From the NCBI GenBank assembly GCA_033442325.1, contig JAWQFM010000018.1, positions 1,175,224 through 1,239,223 of the forward strand: DNA of 64,000 nucleotides, in the 5' to 3' direction. Source of the DNA: Salpingoeca rosetta (lineage: Eukaryota; Protista; Choanoflagellata). The translations under genes and the position numbers were made by a program. Below, one piece after another: positions 36,744-49,336 of the stretch. Within the stretch, counting starts at the first letter, position 1. Every line of letters starts with the position of its first letter. Below the pieces are notes generated by a model. That model saw only the letters and a program-made list of their open reading frames with translations. It was not told where the DNA came from and made no database searches.

Positions 36744-37197
36744 GATGATGATGTTGATGATGATGATGATGGGAGAGCGCTATGGCTGCTGGCTCTGCCG
36801 ATGCAGTCTGACCAGTAGCCACAGCTTTCAACCGGCTCAAACCGGCCCCAGCAAGTGCGGCGGTGCTGCTGGTAAGGGTGGCTGCTTTATCTTGGGCATG
36901 CTGGCCACACATGGCCTGAAGCATGGCGTGTAATGGAGCAAGCTCGTCCTGCGCGGTTGGCGCTGCAAGGCGTCGGAGGGCTTCCTGTGCATCTGCGCAA
37001 AGCCTGCGGTGTGCGGGGCAGCCCACGCCAATGTGGTGCGTTGCATCGTGCAATGTGCACAGCAGCAGCGGTGGTGTCGTGTTTGATACAACATGGGCTC
37101 CAGCACCAGTCTCAGACACCAGCGTCACAACCGCCAAGACAAAAGGAACAACCACTGCAGCAGCCAAACGCCAACGTGCCACTCCCACTACAGCCAT
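32246..37197 (-). CDS. LRR receptor kinase (signal peptide, ~20 LRRs, TM helix, TKL-type kinase); 3 exons
   Basis: LxxLxLxxNxL repeats; TM VVLGTVAGVLLLQAALYFMY; kinase motifs ASGAYGDV, VAVK, HR/DLKGGN, DFG, GTPLYMAPE and DVFSFG. The last exon DAVHPTPEWYRDLAYMCMAQEATRRPSF...GRK* ends at 32246. Confidence 0.92.
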
Positions 37198-37339
37198 GAT
37201 GACAGATGCTTAAGTGGTGGGTGGTGGCGCTGCTGCACTGTTGGTTGGTTGGTTGTGAGTTCGTGGGCGCCACACGCGTCGTTGTGATCAGCCCGCGGGG
37301 AAAAAAAGATCGAATGTGTTTGGAAAAAAAGAACGAATG

Positions 37340-37413
37340 TGTTTCCGTCCGGGCTCGAACCGGAGACCTTCAGTGTGTGAGACTGATGTGATAGCCAACT
37401 ACACCACGGAAAC
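37340..37413 (-). tRNA. tRNA-Val (CAC), identical to the copy at 29354
   Basis: The reverse complement matches 29354-29427 base for base. A T-run terminator follows on the minus strand. Confidence 0.97.
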
Positions 37414-37719
37414 AATTCCTGTTGTCGAAGGGCGTTCAATTTGTGTATTTGAATGTGACCCCTATTCTTGTGTGGGTCGTGGCACGAGCATCTCTCTCTC
37501 TTCTTGCCAACGGGAAGGCAAACAACCACACAAACAGAACACTGACCTTGACCCCCCCCTCATTTTCGTCGCCTTCCCTTCCACACCTTCACCTTCACCT
37601 TCACCTTCACCTTCACCCAGCCACCAGCAGACAACCAGCACACCTCTGACCTTCTTCACCAGCACCGGCACCAGTGCACCAAGCAAGCAGCCGCCACCGA
37701 GACCGGCACCACCGGCGAG

Positions 37720-40700
37720 ATGGCTCTGTTTGGTGGCGCCAGCCAGGGTGCTGGGCGCACTGCGCTGTGCAACGGTGACTTTGTGTCGCTGTTTGTGGAG
37801 GAGCTCAAGGGCTTCGCCAGCGTGGACATTCTGTCGACGCGTGAGGTCACCGTGTACCAGGGCGACACGGACTCCGCGTTTGATGGCAGCACAAGCACCA
37901 AGTCATCCTCGGAGACCACGACCGCGCCCAACTTTGAGCAGTCGTGCGTCTTCCAGATCAAGGCGGTCACCGATCTGCCAGAGGGCGCCAGCCTCAAGTA
38001 CGGTGATGTCGTGCGCATCATCCACCGCAGCACCCAGCGCAGCATGACGCGCCAGAACCGCGCCGTCAACGGCAAGCACGCCGTGGCGCTGGAGAACACG
38101 GACCGTGCCGCCGCGCACTTCCGCCTCCTCCCGCGCTTCAAGATCCGCTCCGTCGGCGAGCCCGTGCTGCTCAACGACCAGGTCATCTTCCAGAACGAGG
38201 TGGTCATCGAGGGCAACCGCACGTACCTGAATGACGAACCGGCCAAGAGAACTCGCCCAAGTTCCTCATGGAAGTGCGCTCAAGCAAGAACCACNNNNNN
38301 NNNNNNNNNNNNNNNNNNNNNNNNNNNNNNNNNNNNNNNNNNNNNNNNNNNNNNNNNNNNNNNNNNNNNNNNNNNNNNNNNNNNNNNNNNNNNNNNNNNN
38401 NNNNNNNNNNNNNNNNNNNNNNNNNNNNNNNNNNNNNNNNNNNNNNNNNNNNNNNNNNNNNNNNNNNNNNNNNNNNNNNNNNNNNNNNNNNNNNNNNNNN
38501 NNNNNCACGTTTGCGCAGACGGTGCTCGTTGCCACGCACGACGAGGACGCCTTCTCGCTGCAGTCCGTGCACCAGCAGGACATTCGCGACTTCTACTACG
38601 CGCTCGGCCACGTCAAGGTGCTCACGCGCCTGGCAGCAGACGACGTGCTGACAGACGTCACCAACCCCGTGCACGCGGACCTGTACAAGCGCGCGCGCCG
38701 CAGCATCCACGCGCTCATCCAGTTCTGCTCGGAGGACAAGATTGAGGATGATGAGGACGTGGTGGGCCGCGCCAACACCCTGCACCAGAACATCCTCTTT
38801 GACCTGCAGGTGCAGGTGCCGCTCATGAAGGTGGTCAGCCTCCCCTTCCACGGCGCACACTGCGCAGAGTGGGGCAAGGGGTGGCGGGAGCGCCTGACAC
38901 AGACAGAGTACCGCCACTACAACAAGCTCGCCCGCGACGTGTACCGCCTCATCAGCTACCTGTGCCGGGAGAACGTGCACATTGGGCTCATGTTTGCCAA
39001 CGCGCACCTGACGGCCATGATCAACCAGTGCCGGCTGATTGGGTACCTGGACGGCATCAACTGGGACATTGCCGACGCCATTGACGAGATGTTCAAGGAC
39101 AACACCATCCTGCTCAACCGCGTCACGAAGCAGTCGATTGAGACATACCTCTCCCTCATCCACGAGGCGCACACCACCACCGCCCTCGAGCAGTACTTGC
39201 GCCTCCTCGCAGCCCTGTGCTCTGTCGACGGTGAGGCCATCACCTCCACCCAAGCCAGCATCCGCGACCTCATGCTTGTTCCTGGCGCGCCGTCAGCGGA
39301 CGTTCTGCCCTCCATCGCCAACGGTCCCAGCGGCATGCGCATCACCGCGCGTGTGCTCACCCCTGGCAAGCCCTTCCGCGCATGGAGCACCGTGACCCTC
39401 CCCCTGCAGGAGTACCTGAAGGACCACGACAACCTCGAGTACTTTGACGCCACGCTGGAGCTGTTTGCGCAGCTGTGCCTGGAGGGCAACTGCCAGGGCG
39501 AGCTGCGTGCGGCGGCCCGCACGCCGTTCCCCATGATCATGGGCGCCCTCAAGTCGCAGCTGCCGCCGCACGTCAAGGCGCGCTTCTGCACGCTCCTCGT
39601 CAACCTGTACATTGACGGCGATGACCTGCCCGACGTGGACCACTCCAACCGGCGCTGGCAGGACCTGGCCAACCACAAGTCGCACGCAAAGCTCAAGACT
39701 GCGGCGGTGCAGCTGTTTGACGTGGACGAGGTGGTGAACTGGGTGGAGGCGTACCTGTCGCAGAACGGCCTGCTCACCTACAACCACGAGTACCACAGCG
39801 CAGCCAACGGCAAGAAGCCCGAGATGATCGCCCTCAAGCAGGACGAGCTGCACCGCAACATGCTCACGGAGCAGGTGGTGCACGTTGCGCTTGCCCTGGT
39901 GAACAAGGGCCTGTACTGGGACGCCGGCAGCAGGAAGCGGCTGGTGCGGCTGCTGCTCACGCTGCTCGTGCGCACGCACCCGGGCGAGAACGATGACCTG
40001 AGCGCAACATCGTCGCTGGACGTGGTCATGCAGGCCAAGACGCTGGTGTGCCGCGCCCTCGGCGCGTGCATGGACGCGAACCTGGACGAGGTGGTGACGG
40101 AGCTGCTCACGGCGTTCAAGAAGGAGTATTTGGCGCACAAGCACAAGCACATTGAGGCGCACGCGGACGACCGCGCCCTGCACGAGGTCAGCCTCATCCA
40201 GCACAACGGCGACCACCGCCACTTCTTCGAGACCGACGGCCTGTCACAGCAGCAGATTGTGCACCTGCTGCTGGCGCTGACAACCTACCCGAGCGACGGG
40301 CTGCGGGTCGCGGCGCTCAATCTCCTGCTGCGCTGCTTCAACGTCAAGGGCTCCGTGCTGGCCCGCCTGTCGGATGTCGTCGTCATTGCAGACAGCAAGG
40401 ACGAGGCTGCCCTGGAGAAGCTGGAGCAGCTGCTGCTGACGCTCAAGCACGAGGACCACGACGACCTGCACACTGCGGCCGCGCACATGACGGAAGAGAT
40501 TGAGTGGATGTGCTCGCAGTGCATCACCGTCAACGGCACGCTGGCAGCCGACCTGCTGGCCCCCGGGGACAGCAGCAGCAGTAAGGCGGGGAGGAGGAAG
40601 CGGAAGGGCGTGAGCGGCCCACGTCTGCCGTGGCGCAAGCCCGGTGTGAGTATTGAGCCGCACCACGCGCACCAGGAGATGATGCGCAACGCCAACGCAC

Positions 40701-43700
40701 ACAAGGCCGTACTGCACATCCTTCACCACCACCTCTCTGGCGCCGACCTCAAGACGGCGCTCAAGGACGACCGAGCGCGGGACTTGTTTGCCGCGTGTTT
40801 TGAATTCCTCGCCTTCTTCTGCCTGCACAACAAGCACAACCAGGAGCTGCTTGGGCACGCGCACGACATCTCGTTCTTCGTGCACGCGTGCTCGTACGGC
40901 ATCCACGCAGAGAAGGTGCTGCACCGTATTCTGGAGGGTGAGCCCGACCTGGTGCGGGAGCACGTGGTGGACGAAGGCAAGGTGGACCGCCTCATTGCAG
41001 ACCTGATCAAGGAGCCGCGCTGTCGCAACGTCGACTTCCTCAAGCTGATGGAGGTGATTGTTGCGCCCACGGGCACGCCCTCGCGGGAGCTACAGGACCT
41101 GGTGGGCGAACATTTCCTGCAGGCAGAGGAGAAGAGCCATCTCTTTGAGCACGAGCTTGGTTCCTCCCACTTCATCTCGTTCATCGTGTCCACTTACACC
41201 AAGACCGGTGGCCGTGGCGACGAAGACGACGATGATGGCAGCACCAACGCCAACACCAGCGCGCAGGCGCTCTCCGCCCGCGAGCACGATCTCCGCGATT
41301 TCTTTGAGCAGCTGCTGTCATTCTATGCGGTGACAGCGCACGGGAACCAGGGCACCGCAGCCCATGTTGCCAAGCACGCACCGCTCGCTGAACTTGCACA
41401 GCCCTTCATTGACGGCGTCACACTCCCAACCGCCACAAAGGTGCTTATGTGTGTGTATTTCGTGTATTTCGTGTGTGTGTGTGTTTGTGGTGAGGATTTG
41501 TGTCTTATGTGTGTGTGTGTGTATGTCGTGTGTATTTCGTGTGCATCTGTGATCGTGTGTAGCTGTGATAATGCCCTGTTCTGAAATGTTACAGCTCCGT
41601 TCATGTTCACTTTGACACTGTGTGCTCGCCGTGTTTCATTCTTGCATGTGTATGCCTTCACTCTCAGACTCACATTTCTTTCCTTCCACACACACGCACG
41701 CACAAATGCACATGCATGCACAAATACACATACACACATACACACATACACGCACGCACGCACAAATACACATGCACACACACCGCCAGTCTCGCCTGCT
41801 GACGCTGATCCGAGATGTGTACCTGCTGCACGGCACGGACGAGGATGGCGATGGTGTTGTCGACGATGTTGATGCGGAGGACTTTGGATTTGGGTCGGCC
41901 GCAGCCAAGCAGGAGACGTGCGTGAGACTCTGTGGACCCCTGGCCAACGAGCTGCGGGCCATCGACAAGGGGTGGAAGCACAAGCCGAGCAAGGTCCGGG
42001 CAGCGCTCGACCGGTATGCGTTTATGACGCTGCTGCCGCTCGCTGCTGACCTGCTGCGCATCTTCGTGGAAGAGCACGGCAGCGTGCCGGCGGAGAGGCT
42101 TGAGGAAGAGGCTGTGTCGCTTGTTGCGGAGTGCGTGCGCTTCCTGAAGCACCGGCGAAAGGCAACATATGAGAGCCCGCACTACCTGATGGACCACGAG
42201 TACCGCGTGCTGGGTGGACATGTCACTGGCGAGCTGCTCAACAGCACGCTGCTGGCACAGCAGGACGCGACGCTGGTGAATGTGCAGACGGAGCACACGT
42301 GGTACGACGAGACGGAGGCGAAGGAGGCGCGAACGGCAGCAGCACGCTCCACCGCGCTCAGCATGGGCAGCAAGCACGGGTCGAGCAAGCGGCACGCGTT
42401 CTCAATCGACTCGTTTGCAGCCACGCACAGCAAGCGCGGCGGTGGCGGGCACACCCGCGGCGGTGGCAAAGCGCCACGCAAGGTGATGCCTGTGGAGAAG
42501 GTGAAGACAGAAGGCGAGCGCATCCAAGAGGAGCTGCCTTTCTTCGTTGATCAAGTGCGAGAGACATTCAACCACGGCTTCTCGCAGCCGCACCTGCCGT
42601 GGATGTCGTTTCTCTCCACGGAGTACAACTTTCAGCCGTTCTGGTCGCTGGTGGGTATTCTGCAGGCTGACTTGCTGGAGGACAGGCTGCACGAGGAAGA
42701 GAAGGAGGCCGAGGAGGCGGCACAGGGCGGTGGCGGCGGCGGTGTGAGTCATCAGGCGTCATCTGTGTCACGGAAGGGATCAAAACTGTGGCGAAGGAAG
42801 CAGGGCGCCGCCGGCATCACGCCCCAGGACACGAGCAAAGGTGATGGCGCACCCCCCTCGCCCTCGCGAACACGCGTGTCGCGCACATGGACGGCGCGCT
42901 CTGCCCGTTTCCAATTTCGCAAGCAAGTGCGCGTGCACCCCAAGTCCCCCAAGATGGAATCGTTTGACCTGAGTGCACAGCAGCTGGACGTGGACATCCG
43001 CTCGTGTGTCTCTCACATCATCAGCCATTTTGAGGTGTCTGACGAATACGATCATGACCACCGCATGCACCAGGACTTTGAGGAAGAGGAGGAGGACAAC
43101 GTGATTGTGGGCTTCCTCGCAGCCATGTCGTGTGCGCTGACGTGTGTCGTTGATTCCAAGATGGGTCGCGTGTACCAGGAGCTTGACGATGAGGACAACG
43201 AGGAAGCCAAAGCAGCCCACGAGGCTGCCATTGCCACCGTTGGGCGCTCCCTCAACAGCCTTGGTCTCCCCGACATGGTCCTGTCTCTGCTTGCGTCTCG
43301 CCACCGGTGCACGGTGCTCATGGCGGCGCAGCTTGGCTGGCTCATGCTGGATGCCACGCCGCACGTGTTTGAGGCAAAGGCCGCGGCTGCGCTGATGGAG
43401 AGCAGCGTTGAGGGCGGCAGCACGCTCGCCCGCCGGCAGCACCAGCAGCAGCAGGAGCGGCTGCTGTCGCAGTGGGCGTTCCACGATGCCTTTGAGAGCG
43501 GACCAATGGGCCGGCGCGCCCTTGCCGCCATCCAGCGCCACCTGCAGCACATGCAGGAGCTGCTGTTCAAGCGGGAGCACGAGGACCCGCTTGACCGGCT
43601 GCGTCGCGACCAGGACGTGGAGAACCTCGACGTCGCCATCGCCATCCGCATCCTCGGATTCCTGGAGGCGCTGTGCTTTGGGTGCTTCACGGAGATGCAG

Positions 43701-46305
43701 CAGCTGCTGCGGCGGCAGGAGAGCGGGCAGCGCGTGGACATTGTTGTGTGCGTGGTTGAGTTGTCGCGGTCGCTGGACCAGCTGTTCCGCAACAAGGCGC
43801 ACCACGGGTTTGACGTGGAGGAGGTGGAGCGGCTGGACGCCATCAAGGAGATTTACAACGAGCTGCAGCGCACGGTGAACGACGTGATGTTTCTGCAGCA
43901 GCTGTTCAGCACTCTCGGCGCCTTCGTTGGCGGTCCAAACGTCGACAACCAACGCGCGCTTCTCGAGCACAAGGTGTGGTGCACGGGCGTGTCGGCGTGT
44001 TGGTGTTGGTGTGGGTGTGGGATGAGAGTGTACGCGTTTGCGGTTTTGATTGTGTGTGTGTGTGCGTGTGCGTACTTATGTCCATGTGTGTGTGTATCGC
44101 ATATCCGTCAAGCTCCATCCACATGTGCTTGTTTTTTGTGCGTCGGTCGTTATGCACACAAAAGTGCCCCTCTTATCAATCACCCCACCCACCCCCGCCC
44201 CCCCCCCCACCAACACACCTCTCACCCCTGTCAACAATTTCAGGTGCACGAGCCGATTCTGCTGTTCCTGCGCTATCTGAACGCGTCGGACGACAGCGAG
44301 GACATTCCAGACAAGGATGTGTTCCACTCGCTCACGCTGTATGTGCTTGAGGCGGCTGCATCCCTGAGCATCTGGTGCGAGTCGTACGGCGTGGTGGACA
44401 ACGGGCACGGCGACTGGGTGCAGCAGGACGGCTACGATGTGGATGTGGACACAGAGCACATGCATGCGCTCGTGAAGAGCTTTGACCTGTGCAACGCGCT
44501 GGATGTGATTGACGAGTGCTGCGAGGCATCCATCCTCTTCCTCCTGCTCGGCGTGCTCGAGGGCCGGCGGGAGGGCGACGTGGTGCTGGACATGCTGTGC
44601 GCTGCGTTGTTCCCGGAGCCGTACCTTACCCGCGACGCGCACTTCACCCAGAGCGCGTTCTTCCGCCTCCTTGACGAGCACTCTGCTGCCGCGGAGAGCG
44701 ACACCAACATGCACGTGCGAGAGGCGGCCCTGCAGCGCGTGGCGGCGTCACCACACACGGCGCACTTCTTCGACCACGACGTTGCGCTGCTGTACTACAC
44801 GGTGCTGCGGATTCTTGGCGAGCAGGCTGAGAACTACTGCATTCGCGTGACGCACTTGCTCAACACGTGGGAGCAGCACTCCCCGCACAGCCACAACGCA
44901 CGCGACAGCGTTGGCCGGATTGAGCTGCTGCGTGATGGCGAGCTGCAGCCCGTGTACTTCCAGGTGCCCGCTGTTGTGCACGACACGAAGGACAAGCTGC
45001 AGGTGCGACAGCTGCGCACGCAGATGATCAATGGCACGGTGCTGGAGAACCCGGAGCAGAAGATGCAGTCGTTCTTTGGCAGCGTCGACTTTCTCATGAA
45101 CGTGATGAACTTTGAGGCGCGCGTGGCCCGCATGGGGGTGTCGTATGTGCTTGGCCACCAGCGGTTTCTGCTGCCATTGGCGTTTATCCTCGCCGCCATC
45201 ATCAACATCTGGGTCATCTTTGACCTGGGCGACGATGGGTTCCCGCACAGCGTTGTGCGGGTGCTGGCGATTGCGCATGCTGTTGTCAGCATGCTGATTC
45301 TGCTTGGGCAGTCGCTGTCCCCGCTGTACGTTGACTGGCAGCGGTGGCANNNNNNNNNNNNNNNNNNNNNNNNNNNNNNNNNNNNNNNNNNNNNNNNNNN
45401 NNNNNNNNNNNNNNNNNNNNNNNNNNNNNNNNNNNNNNNNNNNNNNNNNTACTACGTGGTGTACCTGCCATGAGCGTGCCGGCATCTCCAGTCAGCTGTC
45501 TGCTCCACCTGTTTGACCTGGTGCTGCGGTGAGTGATGACCTCGTGCTACGCGCCGTCAAGCAGAACGTCTCCAAACTCCTGGGCACCTTCCTGCTCACC
45601 TTCTTCATCATCTACGCGTTTATGCTTGTGGGCCGCGATGCGTTTGGTGGCACGTACGAGTTTGCGGACGCCCCGGCCACGTGTGCGCCGGGCACGCCAC
45701 TGGTGCAGTGCCTGCGCGACCATCTGTACTACGGCTTCTACTCGTCGCCCGTGTTTGCGCCCGCGGATGCGGATGTGGGCCTGTTTGTGTACTCGCTGCT
45801 GTACTTTATGGTGGTGGTGCTGGTGATGGCCGCGATTGTTTCCGGTATCATCATTGACTCGTTTGGCGAGTACCGTGCCGAGACGGAGGCCATCGCTGCG
45901 GAGAAGGAGAGCCGGTGCTTTGTGTGCAACTTCAGCCACGACCGCATCCAGGCTGCGCACAAGGGCGGCTTTGAGGCGCACATTGCGAGCGACCACAACG
46001 TGTGGAACTACATCTGGTTCCTCATGCGCGTGCTGGAGAAGCGAGAGGAGCACAAGCCGCTGACGGGCGTGGAGATTGAGGCTGTGCGGCACTGGGACAC
46101 CAGCAAGGACCTGACGGCAATGATGCCCGTGAACCGTGCGCTGTGCCTCGAGGCGGGGAGCGAGGACACCACCCTGGACCAAGTCCTGGACGTGGTGAAG
46201 CAGGTGGCCATGGCGACGGGGCAGGTGGTGATGACGTCCGACCGGTCCCTCCAGCTCCTGCTCTCCCTCACGCAGCAGCACAGCGCCAACACCAACAAGC
46301 CCTAA
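37720..46305 (+). CDS. Divergent IP3-receptor / ryanodine-receptor-family channel (~2600+ aa); 2 introns, 2 gaps
   Basis: N-terminal beta-trefoil motifs (LCNGDFVSLF, PNFEQSCVFQI, LKYGDVVRIIH, FKIRSVGEPVLLNDQV); RIH-associated ILGFLEALCFG...MQQLLRRQ; GRIELLRDGELQPVYF; TM6/zinc finger GIIIDSFGEYR...CFVC...FEAHIASDHNVWNYIWF. Introns at 41441-41789 and 43974-44243. Confidence 0.93.
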
Positions 46306-46916
46306 CTCGCCGCATGTGTGTGTATGTACGTGTGCATGTAATGTATGCATGCATGTGTGTGTTTTTTTTGGGGGGGGGGGATCCTCCATGGTTTCTGCCT
46401 GCTTGGATCATCTGGTTTCTATTTTATGTTTCAGTTTTCCCTTGACACCTGCTGTCTAGCTGTCTAGCTGTAGCTTTCTCCTAATTGTATTGTCTTTGTG
46501 TATGAAGTAGGCTGAGTTTTTTTGACTGCGCGTTTTGACTGCTGTTGTATTGGTTTCCTTCTGCCGTATCTTGCGTTGACACTGTTTTGGACAGCCGCTG
46601 AAAGCATTGCAGCCAAGCGCTGAACATTGTGAAACCTGTTGATGGTGTGTTTGCTTGCATGCGACGTGTTTTATGTTTTATGCAGCACATACAGTCGTTT
46701 ATGGGAAGCAATTCAAGAATTTGGCGCATCATAGATCCCAGCAGGCATGGGTACAAAGGGACGTGTGCATGGAGACACCAAGATGCGAGGAAGTAGTCGC
46801 AGACATCGGCACACGGAAGCACAGGGACGCGGATACAGAACCGCGGACGGACGCACACATGCACACACACGTGCGCTCACAAATAACACGTATACAACAC
46901 TCCCAACCTCCCAACG

Positions 46917-48131
46917 TTATCTTGGGATGGTGTTTCGTAAGAGAGCAGCAAGATCGTCCGGTAGAAGCGTGCGGATGAGGTGAATCTGGAACGTCTTGTA
47001 GTAGAAAAACGCACATGCGCAGAGGTGGTGCGTGTGCGCCGTGGCTTGTTGGATGAAGGTGCTTGCTGAGACCTGCATTGGCTTTGGGCAGGCTGTGAAG
47101 TGGGCAAGGTAGATGTGGTCGCACAGCAACGCCAGCGCCTCAATCTCAGCATCAAACTGGCAGTTGTAGAGGGCGCGAGGAAGCTCTTGTGCCTTGTCGC
47201 GGAACACGTGACGGACGAAGTAGGTGAGAAAGCCCTGGAGCGTGGCAGCGCCGTGGGTGCGACCATGCTGGAGCCCCGTACGGTACCAGCCTGTTTCGGG
47301 GCGGAAAGCGCGGGGCGCGGTGATGAGCGCCTGCATCTGCTTGAAGATGCTCATGCTGGGCTGGATGAGCTGGAAGCCGCCGTTGACGCTGCTGAACATG
47401 CCGTTGGTGAAGAGGAGGTGGGACGGCAACACGAACAGGTGGTCGATGTTGTTCATGACGAGCATGTCCACGTCCAAGATGAGCACGCGATCGTATTCCT
47501 CAAATGACCAGGGCCACAGAAAGTCAAAGTCCATCAGGCCGATGCCGGCATATTGGCCACCAGGCTGGACGAGGCGCTTGTACTCTGGGTCCTGGACGGC
47601 CTCGAGCGGAATGGCTGGGCGGCGGTGGCGGATGGTGATGTTGCATGCAGCCGCAAGGGCGAGCGTCTGCGGGCCAGGGTTGCGGGTGATGAGAAGATAA
47701 TCGACGTTGTGGAAGTTGGTGTTGCGGTGGAAGCTTTGGAACAGCACGCATGCGGGCCACGCGTACTTGAGCACAGCCGCATCGTCGTCGTTGTTGTTTC
47801 TGTTGCTGCTGCTGTTGTTGCTGTGTGATGAGGAGGATGGCTGGGCCTGAGGCGGCTGTTCTCTTGTTGTTGCAAGCGTGTCACGTGGTGTATCCAGCGG
47901 TGGCATTGCCACAGTGGTCACTGCAATCCGCATCGACCGCAACTGTTCTTGTGTTGGCTCATGTTGTTGTGCGTGTGCGGAGCTGAGCGTGATGGTCGTC
48001 GTGGATAACACGAGCAACACCAGCGAGAAGATGCCGGCCGACGCCAACCAACGACGAGCCAAGGTGCTGCCACCCCCACCACCACCACCACACCAACGAC
48101 AACAACACAGACACCTGGCACGCCACATCAT
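46917..48131 (-). CDS. Glycosyltransferase family 8 (glycogenin/GUX-like), type II membrane; apparently single exon
   Basis: N-terminal TM, W..EEYDRVLILDVDMLVMNNIDHLF (DxD), VNGGFQLIQPS, QGFL, YNCQ and HFT..PKP. Confidence 0.88.
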   Translation of the reverse strand: MMWRARCLCCCRWCGGGGGGGSTLARRWLASAGIFSLVLLVLSTTTITLSSAHAQQHEPTQEQLRSMRIAVTTVAMPPLDTPRDTLATTREQPPQAQPSSSSHSNNSSSNRNNNDDDAAVLKYAWPACVLFQSFHRNTNFHNVDYLLITRNPGPQTLALAAACNITIRHRRPAIPLEAVQDPEYKRLVQPGGQYAGIGLMDFDFLWPWSFEEYDRVLILDVDMLVMNNIDHLFVLPSHLLFTNGMFSSVNGGFQLIQPSMSIFKQMQALITAPRAFRPETGWYRTGLQHGRTHGAATLQGFLTYFVRHVFRDKAQELPRALYNCQFDAEIEALALLCDHIYLAHFTACPKPMQVSASTFIQQATAHTHHLCACAFFYYKTFQIHLIRTLLPDDLAALLRNTIPR

Positions 48132-49336
48132 GATAGGTGCTGACCCACCACCACGACACTCGTGTTGATTGATGTGTGTTGTGCCCAAACACGCAAGCAA
48201 GCAAGCAAGCAAGTGATGCCAGATCACGCCCCGCAAACGGGATTTCACCCCGCAAACGGGTCATTTCAGAAATAGGCACAAGCAAGAAGCGATGCATTTT
48301 GCTACATTTTGTGATGTTGTTTACAAAACCTGACTTGGGTTGGCTGCCTCGACGATGATGGCGGTGGCGATGAAGAGCGATGACACGGTGGGTGGATGCA
48401 TACATGCAAAGGCTGGCCGTTGCAGTGGGGCGCTGTCCGTTGCACGCGCAACACACGAGTGTCCATTGTAACGGAGAACAACGACGGACAGCAACACGAG
48501 CGAGGACTTGAGGTGAGGCAGGTGCTGTTGCTGGATGGATGTCGTTGTGCACTGTGTGCTGGGGACAGCAGTCATCAGCACACACACACACACACATCAG
48601 CACACAACGACAAGCGGCAACCACAACAACCTCCTTCATCTATCATTCACTCACATCAGTCAATGCATACCACCACAACACTCACGAGCACACGCGCTAC
48701 CAGTACACACACAGAACCACACCCGCCATACAGTGTGTTGATGTGAGACCTGACAAAACCGTTACACAAACACACCACCACCGCACGACTGCGACTGCGA
48801 TTGTTGCTGGCTGGTGCCTCTTGTGGTTGACGTTTGTCCTCCGTCCGTTTGTCCTCCGTCCGTTTGTCCTCCGTCCGTTGTCAGTTTTGCCGCACCCCGA
48901 CTCACCACCACCACCACCACCACCACCACCACCACCACCACCACCACCACCACCACCACCACCACCACCACCAACACACCACCTCATCCGTGTGCTGAAC
49001 ACCCTCGACACACCACCACACCACGACACTCAACACGTTGTCGTTGTCATTTATTTTACGTTTACTGCTCTGACCAACCCAACAAACAAACCAACCCCAC
49101 AATTCCGTCCCCAACAGCCAGCACCCACCCATTGACCCCAACTTGGCTGAGCAGCCAAGCTTGTGAGGACGCCCTTGTGAACCCCACCACTCCCTGACAC
49201 ACGACGCCAGCGAGCGCCACACCCGATTTCGTTCCACGTGACAAGTGGACCCAAAGAGAAGAGCAGAACACCAGCACAGCGCACACGCCCCCCCGCTCTC
49301 ACTCACTCACACACGACGGCACGTATCCTCGCTACG

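Noticed and set aside
45450-45545. Frameshifts and a stop in the TM4-TM5 region of the IP3R-like gene, suggesting a pseudogene or recoding
   Set aside because: They lie immediately next to an N gap, where base quality is typically poor, and the rest of the ~8.5 kb gene is open. The frame change across the 38295 gap is equally uninformative.
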